Shown here piece by piece: positions 11,488 through 23,100 of a stretch of DNA of 64,000 nt; position 1 is the first letter of the stretch, and every line of letters begins with the position of its first letter. Origin of the DNA: Takakia lepidozioides (Eukaryota; Plantae; Bryophyta); the NCBI GenBank assembly GCA_030704615.1, contig CM060731.1, positions 80,910,001 through 80,974,000 of the forward strand, written 5' to 3'. The position numbers and the translations under genes are program-made. The notes beneath the pieces were generated by a model. The model saw nothing but the letters and a program-made list of their open reading frames with translations, searched no databases and was not told where the DNA came from.

Positions 11488-12916
11488 TCATCTCTTATGC
11501 AAGCATTCAACAAGCCAAGTTGACTGCAGAGCATATTCAGCCCCCCATGTTTCCAGTTGCCTAATGTTCTTCATCTCCTGGGCAGAGCATTTTCCAGGGT
11601 CTCCATCTGTGATGACAATCTTCTCATGTGGTTCAGCTTCTGGTCTTGCTCTTGTTTGCACCACCCCAATGAAGGGGAGTTCCCACCTGCTTGATTCTCT
11701 CCATATGGTTGTCTTGGCAGGGTTTCCCACAACCGCCTTTCCTTTTCAGACTACCAGTCATCAGCCTCGTTCTCCAATGCTTCACTTTCTTCCCAAGTGA
11801 AGTGCTCTCATCTTTTATGCTTCAATGTCCCTGCAGGTGTCTTTTCCTTCATCTCCTGTGGTGCTTTCGAATGAATGAGCACTGATTTGCATCTGTTGGC
11901 AACACTTATGGTGTCCCTTTCCTTGCATGCCACTGCAGGCCCGTCATTGACTTTCTTGGCAGGGAAGTTTCCTCCTTCTCCCTCATTTTCTGGCTCTATT
12001 GGTGCCCCACTCACCATGCTATCAGGGCTACATTTATTTCGTGGTGTTGCGCCAGCCAAGGGCGATCTTTCACTGGTCCGATTGTTGGCAGCAGCTGATT
12101 GGAGTCTTCTTGGCAGAGTCTCCCACGAGCTCCCATCAGTTTCAGGCATCAGGTTTTCTACCCTGCCTTTCCACTTTTCATAAGCGAGGTGCATGTCTTC
12201 CTCCCTTTCACTCTTCAGCCTCTCAGGAAGATTTTTCTTCATGCGATTGCTGCTCCCATACTTCCAGTCCTTGCTTAATTTTCTCCAGCCATCACCCTCA
12301 GATTTGACAAGGTATTGTTGCCCTTCCTTGTGTCTTTCCTCACTCCCAGCTGTTGGTTTTATCCCAAATTCACCTCATCCTTGCCTGGGGTTTTGCTTGC
12401 CAAACAACCCTTGTGTGGGGAACTTCAACGAAAGGCAACATCTCATTCTCAGCTCATGTCTTTGTACTTTCTGATTGCTGGGTTGCATTCTTCGACTGCC
12501 AACCTTTGACAGGAAAGTGTGCTCCATCTTCCTCATCTTCTACTGGTTCCCTTGATGCTTCACCTCGTATGTCTTCCTCCTCATGTTTTAGCAGCAGCTC
12601 CCATGCCTGAATTGCTACTTTTCCTCGTAGTTGATCTTGTGCTTTCCTTTTTCTCCGTAGCTTAATCAACTGTTTTGTCTTGGCAGCTCCCTTGCCATGA
12701 GTGCCTTGTCTCACTGCATCTCCCTTGGTTGCCCACCATCCGGGGGCACTTCGCTGCGATGCCCCACATGTATTTGTTGCTCCCTTTAATCATCAACATA
12801 GTGCTCCAGAGCCAGTTCCTCATTGTTGACCAGTTGACCTTCTCAGCCCTTGGACCCCATTTTCCCTTCTCCCATGTTGCCTCGTCTTTCTGCTTCATCA
12901 TTTGCTTTACTTGCAC
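11488..12916 (-). pseudogene. Degenerate gag-like or retroelement coding remnant
   Basis: Chain of purine-rich, K/E-rich minus-strand ORFs, including a GVVQTRA motif like gag-protease linkers; no diagnostic domain. Confidence 0.3.
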
Positions 12917-13252
12917 GATGTTGCTTCTTCCCTACAGCTCATCATGTGTTGTGGCTCTTTCCCATGTTGCACTCACTCCCATCACACGTTGTGCAGTTGA
13001 TAAGACTGAGATGAGTTGATGCAGGATAGGGGGAGGGCTTGCTGGTGTATGTTGTCCGATAGGCCCCACGCACAGAGTCAAAGCTGGAAGTCAGCCTTGC
13101 AAGGACCCAAGTGAGAGAAGTCTGGTGGGGGTAGCATCTTGGGGGATGGCAGTTAGGGCAATGTGTGTGTAGGGCAATATATGTCATAGCAGCCGGTGAT
13201 GTGCTGCCAATTTTGAGGATAGAGACAGCCTGTATGTTGTAGATTTGTATCA

Positions 13253-13985
13253 GTGGTTCCTTCTGACACATATTTCTCCCAGTTTGCCACAACTAGTTTT
13301 GTTTGCGTTTGTAGTGCATGTGCGAGCCTGCTGGGGAAGGGCAAAGAGGTCCATGGTTGCATCGTCAAAGCTGGAATTGTAGTAGATGTCATTCTGAACA
13401 ATACCCTTGTGGACAAGGACTGTTCAACAATATGCCTGAGCGAAATGTGGTGTCGTGGAACGTGCTGATCGCAGGACATGCACAACAGGGGCGGGGATTG
13501 CAAGTTTTGGAGACCTATGAGCAAATGGTTTGGGAGGGGGTGAAGTCCGACCACAAATTACGTTTGTTTGTGATTGTAGTGCATGTGCGAGCCTGTTGGA
13601 GAAAAAAAAGATCCATGGCTGCATCGTCAAAGCTGGAATTGTGGCAGATTTCATTCTAAACAATACTCTTGTGGAGATGTATGCCAAGCTCAAAGAGGAA
13701 TTGGAGACATGAGCAAATGTTGCGGGAAGGAGTGCAGCCTGGTCGGGTCGAGGCCAAGAGGGCAAAGAGGTCCATGGTGACATCGTCAAAGTTGGAATTG
13801 TACCATATGTCATTCTGAATAGTACCCTTACATAGACATGTATGCCAAATGTGGGTGCATCAAGGATGCAAAGGGAATGTTCAACAATATGGCTGAACGA
13901 AATGTGGTATGATCATGGAGCCCATGATTGCAGGATATGTACAGTGGGATGGAGTCCTTGAAGACCTCTAAGCAAATGGTGCATG
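13253..13985 (+). pseudogene. PLS-class pentatricopeptide repeat pseudogene fragments
   Basis: FVCVCSACASL..GKEVHGCIVKAG..DVILNNTLVD; FNNMPERNVVSWNVLIAGHAQQG; LIDMYAKCGCIKDAKGMFNNMAERNVV. Several frameshifts and stops. Confidence 0.9.
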
Positions 13986-14014
13986 AATTAAGGTGTGTTT
14001 AGCCCATTGACCAC

Positions 14015-14915
14015 ACAGCTGAAGAGCAGGTGAGAGAAGTGAATGTGGGAACTGAGGAGGAACCAAGAATGGTGAAAGTAGGGGCTGACGTGAAGCCATA
14101 ATTCTTTGAGGAAGCTAAGAGCCTGTTTATCAAATACAAGGATGTATTTGCTTGGAGCTATGAGGATCTGAAGGGGATACCACCTGAGATCTGCCAGCAT
14201 AAGATTGAACTGGAACCAGGGAGTACCAATTAAACAGGCAAGGTACAAGATGAATCCTAACTATGCACAGAAGGTTGGGAAAGAGATCAAGAAGCTGGCT
14301 GAGGCTAAGTTCATATACTCGATAGAGTATACAACTTGGCTATCACCCATTGTGATAGTCCCCAAGAAGAATGGCAAACTGAGAGTTTGTGTGAACTATA
14401 AGAAGTTGAATGCGTGTACAAAGAAAGATCCATTTCCTTTGCCATTCACAGAAGCTGTACTGGACACTGTGGCAGGCCATGAGATGTACTCATTCATGGA
14501 TGGCTTCAGTGGGTATAACCAAGTGCAAGTAGCGGAAGAAGACCAGGGAAAGACAGCTTTCATCACATACTGGGGTGCTTATGCATACAAAGTCATGCCT
14601 TTTGGACTTTGTAATGCACCAGCAACTTTCCAGAGAGTGATAAGTGAATCTTTCCATGAGTATCTGGATGATTTCATGCAAGTGTTCTTAGATGACTTCA
14701 GTGTGTACAATTCTAAGAATGAGCACTTGCAGAAGTTGGAGTTATGTCTGGCCAGATGCAGGATGAGAGGTCTTGGTCTGAATCCAAAAAAGTGTACTTT
14801 CTGTGTGAACTCAGGGGTACTACTGGGACACATTGTGTGTAAGAAGGGACTGCTTGTGGATCCTAGAAAGACAGAGGCTATTAAAGCCTCACCACCACCA
14901 AGTAACGTTAAGGGT
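14015..14915 (+). mobile_element. Ty3/Gypsy reverse transcriptase fragment (same family as 31752..32640)
   Basis: ORF 14205..14921: WLSPIVIVPKKNGKLRVCVNY, DGFSGYNQ, MPFGLCNAPATFQR, VFLDDF. Cut at ...AAGGGT by an LTR. Confidence 0.95.
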
Positions 14916-15760
14916 TGTTAGAGGGCTGCTTGGGACTTAAACGTTTTTACGGGATCTGTGGGGTACCCTTAATTTTTACACAGACTGAGACCAACAGGAG
15001 CCTTAGGGGTGACAACAACAGGCTTTAGGGGGAAGATACACAGCCCGACACAGTCCATCACAGCCCGACACAACCGTCACAGCCCGTCACTGTCCAACAC
15101 AGCCAGTCACAGTCAACACAGCCCGTCACAGCCGTCACAGCCCATCACAGTCCAACACAGTCGACACAGCCCGATACAGCCGCCACAGCTTTGCACAACC
15201 CTACACAGCCCAACACAGCCAGTCACAGCCCGATACAGCTGCCATAGCTTCACACAGCCCGCCATAGCCTGATACAGCCAGTCATAGCTCGGCACAGCTG
15301 GGGAACAGTTATCATTGGCAGGGACGGGGAACGACATCTGAAAAAAGAACGTGTACTACAGGGATGACGGTTAGTTAGGAAAGCGGTTAGAACAGCTGAT
15401 AGGTAGAAAAAGCGAAGAGCGGGGACGTCTAAAAATCACTTCTTGGTGGGGGACTTCTGACATGGGGGCTTGAAAATAGAGGGAAGAGCACATCTCTGAG
15501 TAGAAAGATGAAGAGCACAGAGTAGGAGAAGTGACGATCTGTTGTTACTTGATGAATGCAAGCTGTAGAATTGTAATGTAGAGTAGATTAGAGACACCAT
15601 GGCTTCAGCCTGATACTTGATAGATATTAATCTGATACATACTTCATACTCACACTGTGTAGAGAGACCTGAGTGAAGCTGTGGAATGAATGGATGGAAC
15701 TTGATAGATTTCTGAAGCAAACTGATACTTAATTGCAGATAGTAAGGTAACTCACTAACA
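14916..15760 (+). mobile_element. LTR (~845 bp) with TGTTAG...CTAACA termini
   Basis: Perfect 6-bp terminal inverted repeat. Homologous to 36558..37363 on minus, with the same start tgttagagggctgcttgggactta. Confidence 0.75.
15038..15300 (+). repeat. ~10-bp-period CACAGYYNNN minisatellite inside the LTR
   Basis: cacagcccga cacagtccat cacagcccga cacaaccgt cacagcccgt... Confidence 0.85.
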
Positions 15761-15817
15761 TGAATGCGGGAAGGAGTACAAATAGGAAACACCCCCATGA
15801 TACACTAGCTGTAGGTC

Positions 15818-16512
15818 ATGACTGATTGTTCTGAGCGGGCTGAGTGCTTAGAGATTTCCAACTCTTCTATCTTGGAGTTTCCACCTCGGATAGCGAAGGG
15901 ATGGGTGAGTAAAAGCCGCTCGACATTTGGCGACCATACTGGGGAACTGGGTCATGAACAACCAGATGTGACAGGCATCTGGTGGGATCATGGTGAATGG
16001 AGAATTAGAGAATTTGATGTGAATCAAATTCCCTGTGAAACTGAGAAGGAAAGATTGTCTAAACGATTCTTTCAGAGGTTATTGGAATTGCCAGACGGTT
16101 GTAAAGAAAACATTCTTAAAAGAGTGCATGATGCTGACCCTGAATGGGGTCTGGAGAAAGGAGTGATAAAGATTTATCAGGTGGCCTGTAGAGAAAGAGC
16201 ATGTTGGTTACCAACACTGGTTTATGTGATAGATTGCTATCCATTAAGCGAGTAGAGTTTGAAGGCTGGGAGGAAAGAAAGGTGAATGTTTATACTCATA
16301 TGCATGAAGAGCTTGTACTGGTAAAGAATTGGATTCCAAAGGATATTTTGTGGATCAAACTCACACCAAGAACAGCTTTCCAGACTTGTTTGCCATATGG
16401 TTATATGGTAACGGAGACTTCTAGTATAGCCAAGGGTGCATTGAAGCTTGAAAGAAACCCAGGCATATACGAGAGATATTACAGAAGAGAGTTTTGGTTA
16501 TTGCCACATTAA
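15818..16512 (+). pseudogene. Additional ORF upstream of gag (frameshifted copy of 35805..36500)
   Basis: ORFs 15818..16255 and 16201..16512 together align to the 231-aa ORF; 1-nt deletion near 16233. Confidence 0.8.
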
Positions 16513-16533
16513 GAGAAATGAAAGACATGGGAC

Positions 16534-17315
16534 ATGAGTGATGAAAGAGAAGCTAGACTCCAGAGATATTCAGCAAAAAGAGAAAGCTATCTGAAAGCTA
16601 ATTATCCATATCTTTGGGAGAGAGGAATAGGAATCATCTGGACCTCTCACACCATTAAGATCAGAGAGTACAACACCCATACCGGAAGAACTAGAGTTGG
16701 ATGCCACTCCTTCTTTTTCTTTGCAAGAAAGATTAGGGGAATTGGTACGGGAAGAAGATCAATCAAGAGGTGAAAGATCTGAGGTACATCCCTAGATAAA
16801 AGATTTGACAGAAATCTTTGATAAGAGTTGGCATGGAACACCAAAAGCAGGAACTCCAGTTTCTGAAGCGGAGGGTGAAGAAGGAGGAGAGGATGTGGCA
16901 GAGCCAACGGAGAGTTCAGACTCTCCAACATCATTGCAGTTGAGTTACATGAGTGAAGAAGAAACCCAAGAGCAGAACTTGGAGGATGAAAATAGAGAGA
17001 AGAAATTGGAAGAGGAAGAGTATGAAGAAGTAGACCCAACAGCTGAGGTTGAGACTACAACCAGGACATCCCAACCCGTTGGACCTGGATCAAGTGGAGC
17101 ACTTGGATCACAGGCCAACGAAGGTGTCGGCTTAGGGGGATCAGGCGGGCAGCCTGGATCTGGCTCTGGGGGGACAGGGAGTGTGGGAAGTAGTGCAACT
17201 GGAGCTGGGAATACTGTGAATATCGTGGGGCCAGTAGCAGGGAATGCTCAGGGGCCACCACTGGGTGGAAGATCCACCACGAGTACAACAGGTCCTCAAG
17301 GACCAGCACCATCAG
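16534..17315 (+). mobile_element. N-terminal gag region, truncated
   Basis: MSDEREARLQ...; TEIFDKSWHGTPKAGTP...GPQGPAP matches ~35010..35784 on minus. Ends abruptly in PPR sequence. Confidence 0.8.
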
Positions 17316-17317
17316 GT

Positions 17318-17720
17318 TTCTTTGTGTTTGCAATGCGCATTGTATGTACAAGCTTGGCAGCCCTAGAAAAGGACAATTATAAGGTCCATGGTGACATTAT
17401 AAAGGGGTGTTTGCTGAGATCATGAGATCGGGTCTTTGCTCTTGTCATAGATTGAAAACAAGTCTAGGGTAGTTTATGTCTAACCTCATTTTTAAGGACA
17501 GTCTTTGGGCACCAAATCTCTACGGTTTTGGACACAACCCCCTCTAGGTCTACTCCCATTATGAGGATCAGAAATGCTTGGGGGCTTACATGCATAGAGC
17601 TGCGATGCTTAGACATCGGGCAATTACATTCTCCTTTGCTCTTTGCATGTGTTTACTGGTTCATGGTGACATAGTCAAAGCTGGAAATGTACTAGATGTC
17701 AGCCTGAACACTGCCCTAAA
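17318..17720 (+). pseudogene. PPR fragments resuming after the retroelement
   Basis: CTSLAALEK...VHGDIIK and ITFSFAL...VHGDIVKAGNVLDVSLNTAL, similar to 13253..13985 and 63685..64000. Confidence 0.65.
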
Positions 17721-17899
17721 GCCTAACCTGGAGTTATTGCCAATGTGGCAGCAGGAATTATCCAAAAATAGATAACGTAGATGTGGAGAAGCTCGTTGGT
17801 GAATCTATGGTGGTTTTGTAGTGATTTTGACATGTTACTGTAGGTAGGGTTGGGGTGTTTCCTCGAAGAACTTCACGCCGTCAGTGTCAACTGCTTCAG

Positions 17900-19950
17900 C
17901 TACTAGCAGCAAGGCTGAAGATGTATTCATGGTTTGTACACAGGCATGGATAGCTGAAGGACCAAGGATAGAGTGTGGGTCCAGATTCATAAGAGGGCCA
18001 GATTTCAAGTGAAGAAGATGTACGATCGACATCCAGACAAAGAAGATTAACACTTTGATAAGGTATGATCTGGACTGAATATGTTGTCTTCATGGCTGAC
18101 GTGAGGGTTTTCACAGATTCTCACCTCTTTGTCATGGTAGGCATGATGGTACATCCACAAGCTGTAGTGCCTTTGGATGAGAAGCAGTCCCCTCACAAAG
18201 TATACCGCTCGTTTTCTCAAGAGCCTACCAATTCTTTGCCTGCCAGAATGCGACGCTATCCTTTTCACTCTGAAACAGAATCCACTTGTCATGTAGGGTT
18301 GGAGTAGCCCTGCCTGAGTTACAATCACACCCTCTCTTATTGTGTGGGCAACAACCTGAGATTACCATGATTGATTATTTTCAAGATCTTCAGGAACACT
18401 CAATCAGCTGACATGATTGATGTTAGCTGTGTCAAGTCGCAATCTCAAGCTTAGAATAGAACCTCAAGGCTGACTTGGTAGAGCAGGGACTATTCCCCTT
18501 TGGGTGCTTATTACATGTATTCTTACCTCTGGGCTTGCAATTTTGTGCAACAGGCCTGATGGACTGGAGAAGGCTTATGTAAGGCTGACAACTAACTATG
18601 ATGCGTTGGATATGGCAAACAAAGTGTGTATCATCTAGAATGATTCTTGTTGTTTGGAACTGGGTTGGTTTGAGAGGTGTTTAGTAAGTTTTGTAGTTTT
18701 GCAAAGTGCTTTTCATGAGTTTCATCCATAAACGCGTGCTAAAATGTCTGGCTTTAGAACAGTTATGTTTTGATAGCTTTCATAGTTATGTGCTAATGAC
18801 TGCTAATGAAGGCACCTTCTTCAATTTCACCTTGTTTTCCCCTCTTATCAGAATCGCCCCTAATTATTCATGTCTGAATTCTGCAAGTTAGCTGGTTGAG
18901 TGAAGCTTTGATAGTTTGGAGGGACTTTGACATGATTCTGCCAATGTGACAACAAGAAAGTATCAGAAACAGGTAACACAGACGAGGAGAAGTTGTGGAA
19001 TGAATACTTTTCTGACCCCAGTCAATGGTGGGACAATCGAGGCAAGAAGGTGAATGTTTGTTGGATTATAGAGAGTAGCAGATGCAATTTTGAGCGTAGG
19101 AACTAGTGTGATAAGTTGAGTTGGGTGCTTCCTAGAACAAGTCTAGGCTATCATCGTCAACTGCTAGCAACAAGGCAAGGTTGTATGCAGGATTCGTGCG
19201 AGGCATGGATAGCTGAAGGAGCAAGGATAGAGTGTGGGTGCAGATTCACCCAAGAGGGCCGGACTTCAAGCTCCAGATTAACTATGAAGCTACAAGAAAC
19301 CTGCATGGGTAGATGGTCAACTGGCAGCAACGGCACAATGGATAAAATCAGACATTGTTAATGAAGGCATCTTCTTCAGCACATTTCACCCTGTTTTTCC
19401 CTCTTATCAAAATCGGCCCAAAATTTCCATGTTGAATTCTGCAAGTTAGCTGGTTGAGTGAATCTAGTTTGGAGTGACTTTGACATGATACTGCTATGTG
19501 ACAACATGAAAGTATTAAAAAACAAGTAACAGACATGAGGAGAAGCTGTGAAATGAATACTTTTTTGCCCCCAGTCAATGATGGGACAACCGAGGCAAAA
19601 AGGTGAATGCCTTCTACATTTCAGAGAGTAGCAGACGCAATTGAGCATAGGAACTAGTGTGATAAGCTGAGTTGGGTGTTTCCTAGAACAAATGTAGGTT
19701 GTCATTGTCAGCTACTAGCAGCAAGGCAAGGATGAATGCATGATTTGTGCAGGGGCATGGATAGCTGGAGGAGCAGGGATAGAGTGTGGTCCAGATTCAT
19801 CATAGAGGGCCAAATTTCAAGCACAAGATTACCTATGATTCCCTGTGGATCAATAACTACAAGAAACCTCCATTGGTAGATGGTCTATTCCGTGGAACTC
19901 ACTGAAGTCTTGCATTATGAGGATCAGAATTGCTTGGCAGCTTACTTGCA
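17900..19950 (+). pseudogene. Tandem degenerate exons encoding OSB-type PDF ssDNA-binding motifs (~560-bp unit, about 2.5 copies)
   Basis: 18987..19049 EKLWNEYFSDPSQWWDNRGKK|GT; 19244.. AG|IHPRGPDFKLQ...YKKPAWVD; 19795.. AG|IHHRGPNFKHKITYDSLWINNYKKPP. The copy at ~19540 has TGG>TGA stops. Confidence 0.75.
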
Positions 19951-20182
19951 CGAGGCCTTCACCCTTAGGCAATCCCCAGAGCAGCGGTAGCTTTTGGGCT
20001 GCTTTTTTACTTTGTGTTTTTCATTTTGTCCCATAAGCTCTTTGAGCTTCCGTAGATGTAATAAAGTACCATTTTGTTTCATTTCATTCATTTTCATTTC
20101 ATTTTGTTTCATGGCATGTCTTTCATCGTTTGTGCATTTCTAATGCATGATTAGTTCTCTTGTATGGCATTACTAATCAACT

Positions 20183-23100
20183 CACTACAAACACCAAATC
20201 TCCAAAGCATGAATCACTATGAATGATTGTTCAAGTAATTTCGAGCACTTCATTTAAAGTAGTAAAGCAGTGGTTGCGCCAACTTCCGCAGTCGCAATTG
20301 CCACTGGGCATGTAGCACTGCAAGTTATGTGGTCTACTACCACGTGGCGCCCCGGGCCCGTGGCCACGTGGCAGCATTGCTGCTCGTCGTGGCGCCGCCA
20401 CGTCGGCATCCACATCGTCGTCCACGTCCATGTCCATGTGTCACCGCGCTCCGGTGAGTCGGTCCACTCATCCGGAGGGAAAAGTCAAAGTCAGCCCAAA
20501 AGGTCAGACACACGGGCGGCCCGCTAGGTTACGCCACGTGGTTCTTCAGCATTAATCGCATTGATCGCTGAGCAGTTCTTCGCGCGTCTGCTTACCACTC
20601 CAATCATTGGATGTCCAACCCAACTACCACGTCTGTTGTAACTAGTCGTTTGCAACTTCCAGTCGATCCCAGTTTTTTGACTTTTACGACTCAAAATGAG
20701 TCGTTACCCCAGTGGTAAATGACCCAAATGCTTCTAGTGAAAGTAGTCACACTCCCACCCGCTTGGTTGTTGTGGCACCTCATCAGGTTCCAGCCACTCC
20801 CATGCCATTATTTCCTTCCAAAGTACTGAGTCCAGTTCGGCTTTGTGTAGGTATGCTCTAAAAGTGCGAAGACGCATTTCAAAGACAAGTCGGCTATGGG
20901 ATCTGAATGATGTCATGGAATTTAGATGAACAAACTTGGACTTATCAAAAACCATCAAACTCCAATGGCCCCTGCAGAACGCACATGTGTTTGAGGGCAG
21001 ACACCACTAATGCTTTCCATTCTCCAAATCAAATCAAAGTCTGTCAAAGCTGCAAAATAGGGTTTAAGATGGACGTACCCAGAGCACAAGGGGATGAACC
21101 ATGTCTGAACCTTATCTGGATCCTTCCCTAGGCACTTCTCAGCCACCCAATCATTTACAAGACCTTTGGAAACCCTGTGAAGGTCGTCCTTGGACGCACC
21201 ATCCAAAGACGTCCATATCAGTGTGTCCATCATAGCCCACCAGCAATGATTACTCTCCTCCAGGGATAGCTGCAAAATATTGGCATACAAAAACACCCGT
21301 CCATCCTCCGCTTCCCCATACAATTTTAACAACCGTAGATAATCCCATGAACCCAGAATGGACTCCTATGGAGTGCCTTTGAGGGAGCCCTTGTCCTTTG
21401 GGAAGGATGAGGGGAAGCCGAAGCGTGCCACAAAAATCAAGGTGACGATGCGGGGGAGGGAGGAGAACAGTGCAGCTGAGGGAGAAAGTTATACTATCAC
21501 CAGAACAGGAAAGAAACGAAAGGCGAAATCTGGTCGCCAGGAAGTCACTAAGTAAGTGGGCGAGGGTTTCCAACGACCAAGGGGGGACCAAATTCATGGT
21601 GAGTACATTCAGCAGGGCTTATACGCATGATAGGGGGATGATATGGATGCTTGAAAACACCCTTAATAGTTAATTGCCTACCTGTTTGACTTCGTGAACT
21701 TGTGTTAAATGCAGAAACCAGAATAGACTGAGGGATCTCCTTATCCTTTGTTTCTTTCTGATCCCCATGCTCTTTACCCTGCAGGTGCAATTGGCGTCTC
21801 GAAGTTTTTGCAGCAACCCTATGCCGTGTTCGACCTGTTCCTAGGCCAGATGATGGTTTGTTGGAGGTCAAACCCATGTGCAGGGCCCCCGGTTAAAGTT
21901 GAAACCGCAGGCGCAGGCACCGTCAGACCCATGTTGAATGTGGAACCAGGGGTGAGCCCCAATTCAATATTCCAAGGATTTGTGGAAGCGATAGGAACAG
22001 TACCAAGGGGCTGGAGTAAGCGCTCTGTTGTGGGGGAGACCAGACTATCTACGAGTGCGGATAACAACGGGATGGCCTGTGGATGAGACGGGGGTGCACC
22101 TGGGGAAACAGATATGGGCGGAACAAACTCCTCCGTTGCAAATTCGGTGTTCCCTGCCAATGACTCGCATTCAAGGGTCACCAACGTTGACATAACCTCA
22201 GCCTGTGTCATCGGCAGATGACTGGAAACAGCTGCAAATCTGCTGGACCTGGCAGTTGGATCCACCATTCTTGGCACATCCTCCCTCTCCACGAGGGAAG
22301 TACACACAGACTTGGGATGAGTTGAAAGAGGTGATTGGACAAGGGCAGAGAGTGAAGGACCACAGAGAGACACAGCAGCCTGCGACAGAGCATATACATG
22401 GGGGGGGAGTAGGCATGACATCGGGAACAACGTTGGGGGATGACACCTCGGGTGATGGAGCACTCAGGGGGGGACCAGAGGGAGTCACAGTAGCATGCAA
22501 GAGAGCAGAAAGATGTGGGGAAGAAGAGTGGAACTCAGGGGCAGACAGGGGGGGACCAAGGTCACACACGGATGCATGCTTCATGGAAGACAGATCTGGG
22601 GGAGCAGACAAAAAATCGGGAGTAGTGGTGGGGGCTGCCAGGCTAAAGGGAGATTAGAACGGGGAGGGAGCACTGACACACACTAAAGCAGTACCAGATG
22701 AGGGGGGAGCACAAAAAAAAAACTCATGCGAGGAGGGAGATGAGTCCGAGGGTATAGCATGGGTGAGACGTAGGGTAACCACTTCTGGGGGAGCAGATAA
22801 TGGAAGAAGAGCAGAGGCGGGGGGATCACATGGTTGGGGAGCAAAAACAGAGAGGGCGGCAGACACAGAGGGGGGCGGGGGGAGGTAAGCACCTATGATG
22901 CGGGATCACAGATTTGAATGGGAGCAGCGGCGGGGACATCACATGATGGGGAAGCAGAGACAGAGAGGGCAGGAGAGTATTCCCTTGGGGAGTCTAAAAG
23001 AAGATTGTCAGGCAGAACACTATGAGAGGGGATGGGATTGACATCAACTTCCGCAATGGGTGTATAGAAACCTGCCGTCAGAGATTCCACTTGAAAAGTC

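Noticed and set aside
15009-15337. Thr/Gln/His- or Cys-rich ORFs over the CACAG arrays (also 29567..29906 and 36935..37303)
   Set aside because: Translation artefacts of minisatellites. Not CRISPR either: no constant repeat with unique spacers, and the context is eukaryotic.
18047-18700. Possible host gene fragment between the PPR and PDF relics
   Set aside because: No recognisable motif in any frame.
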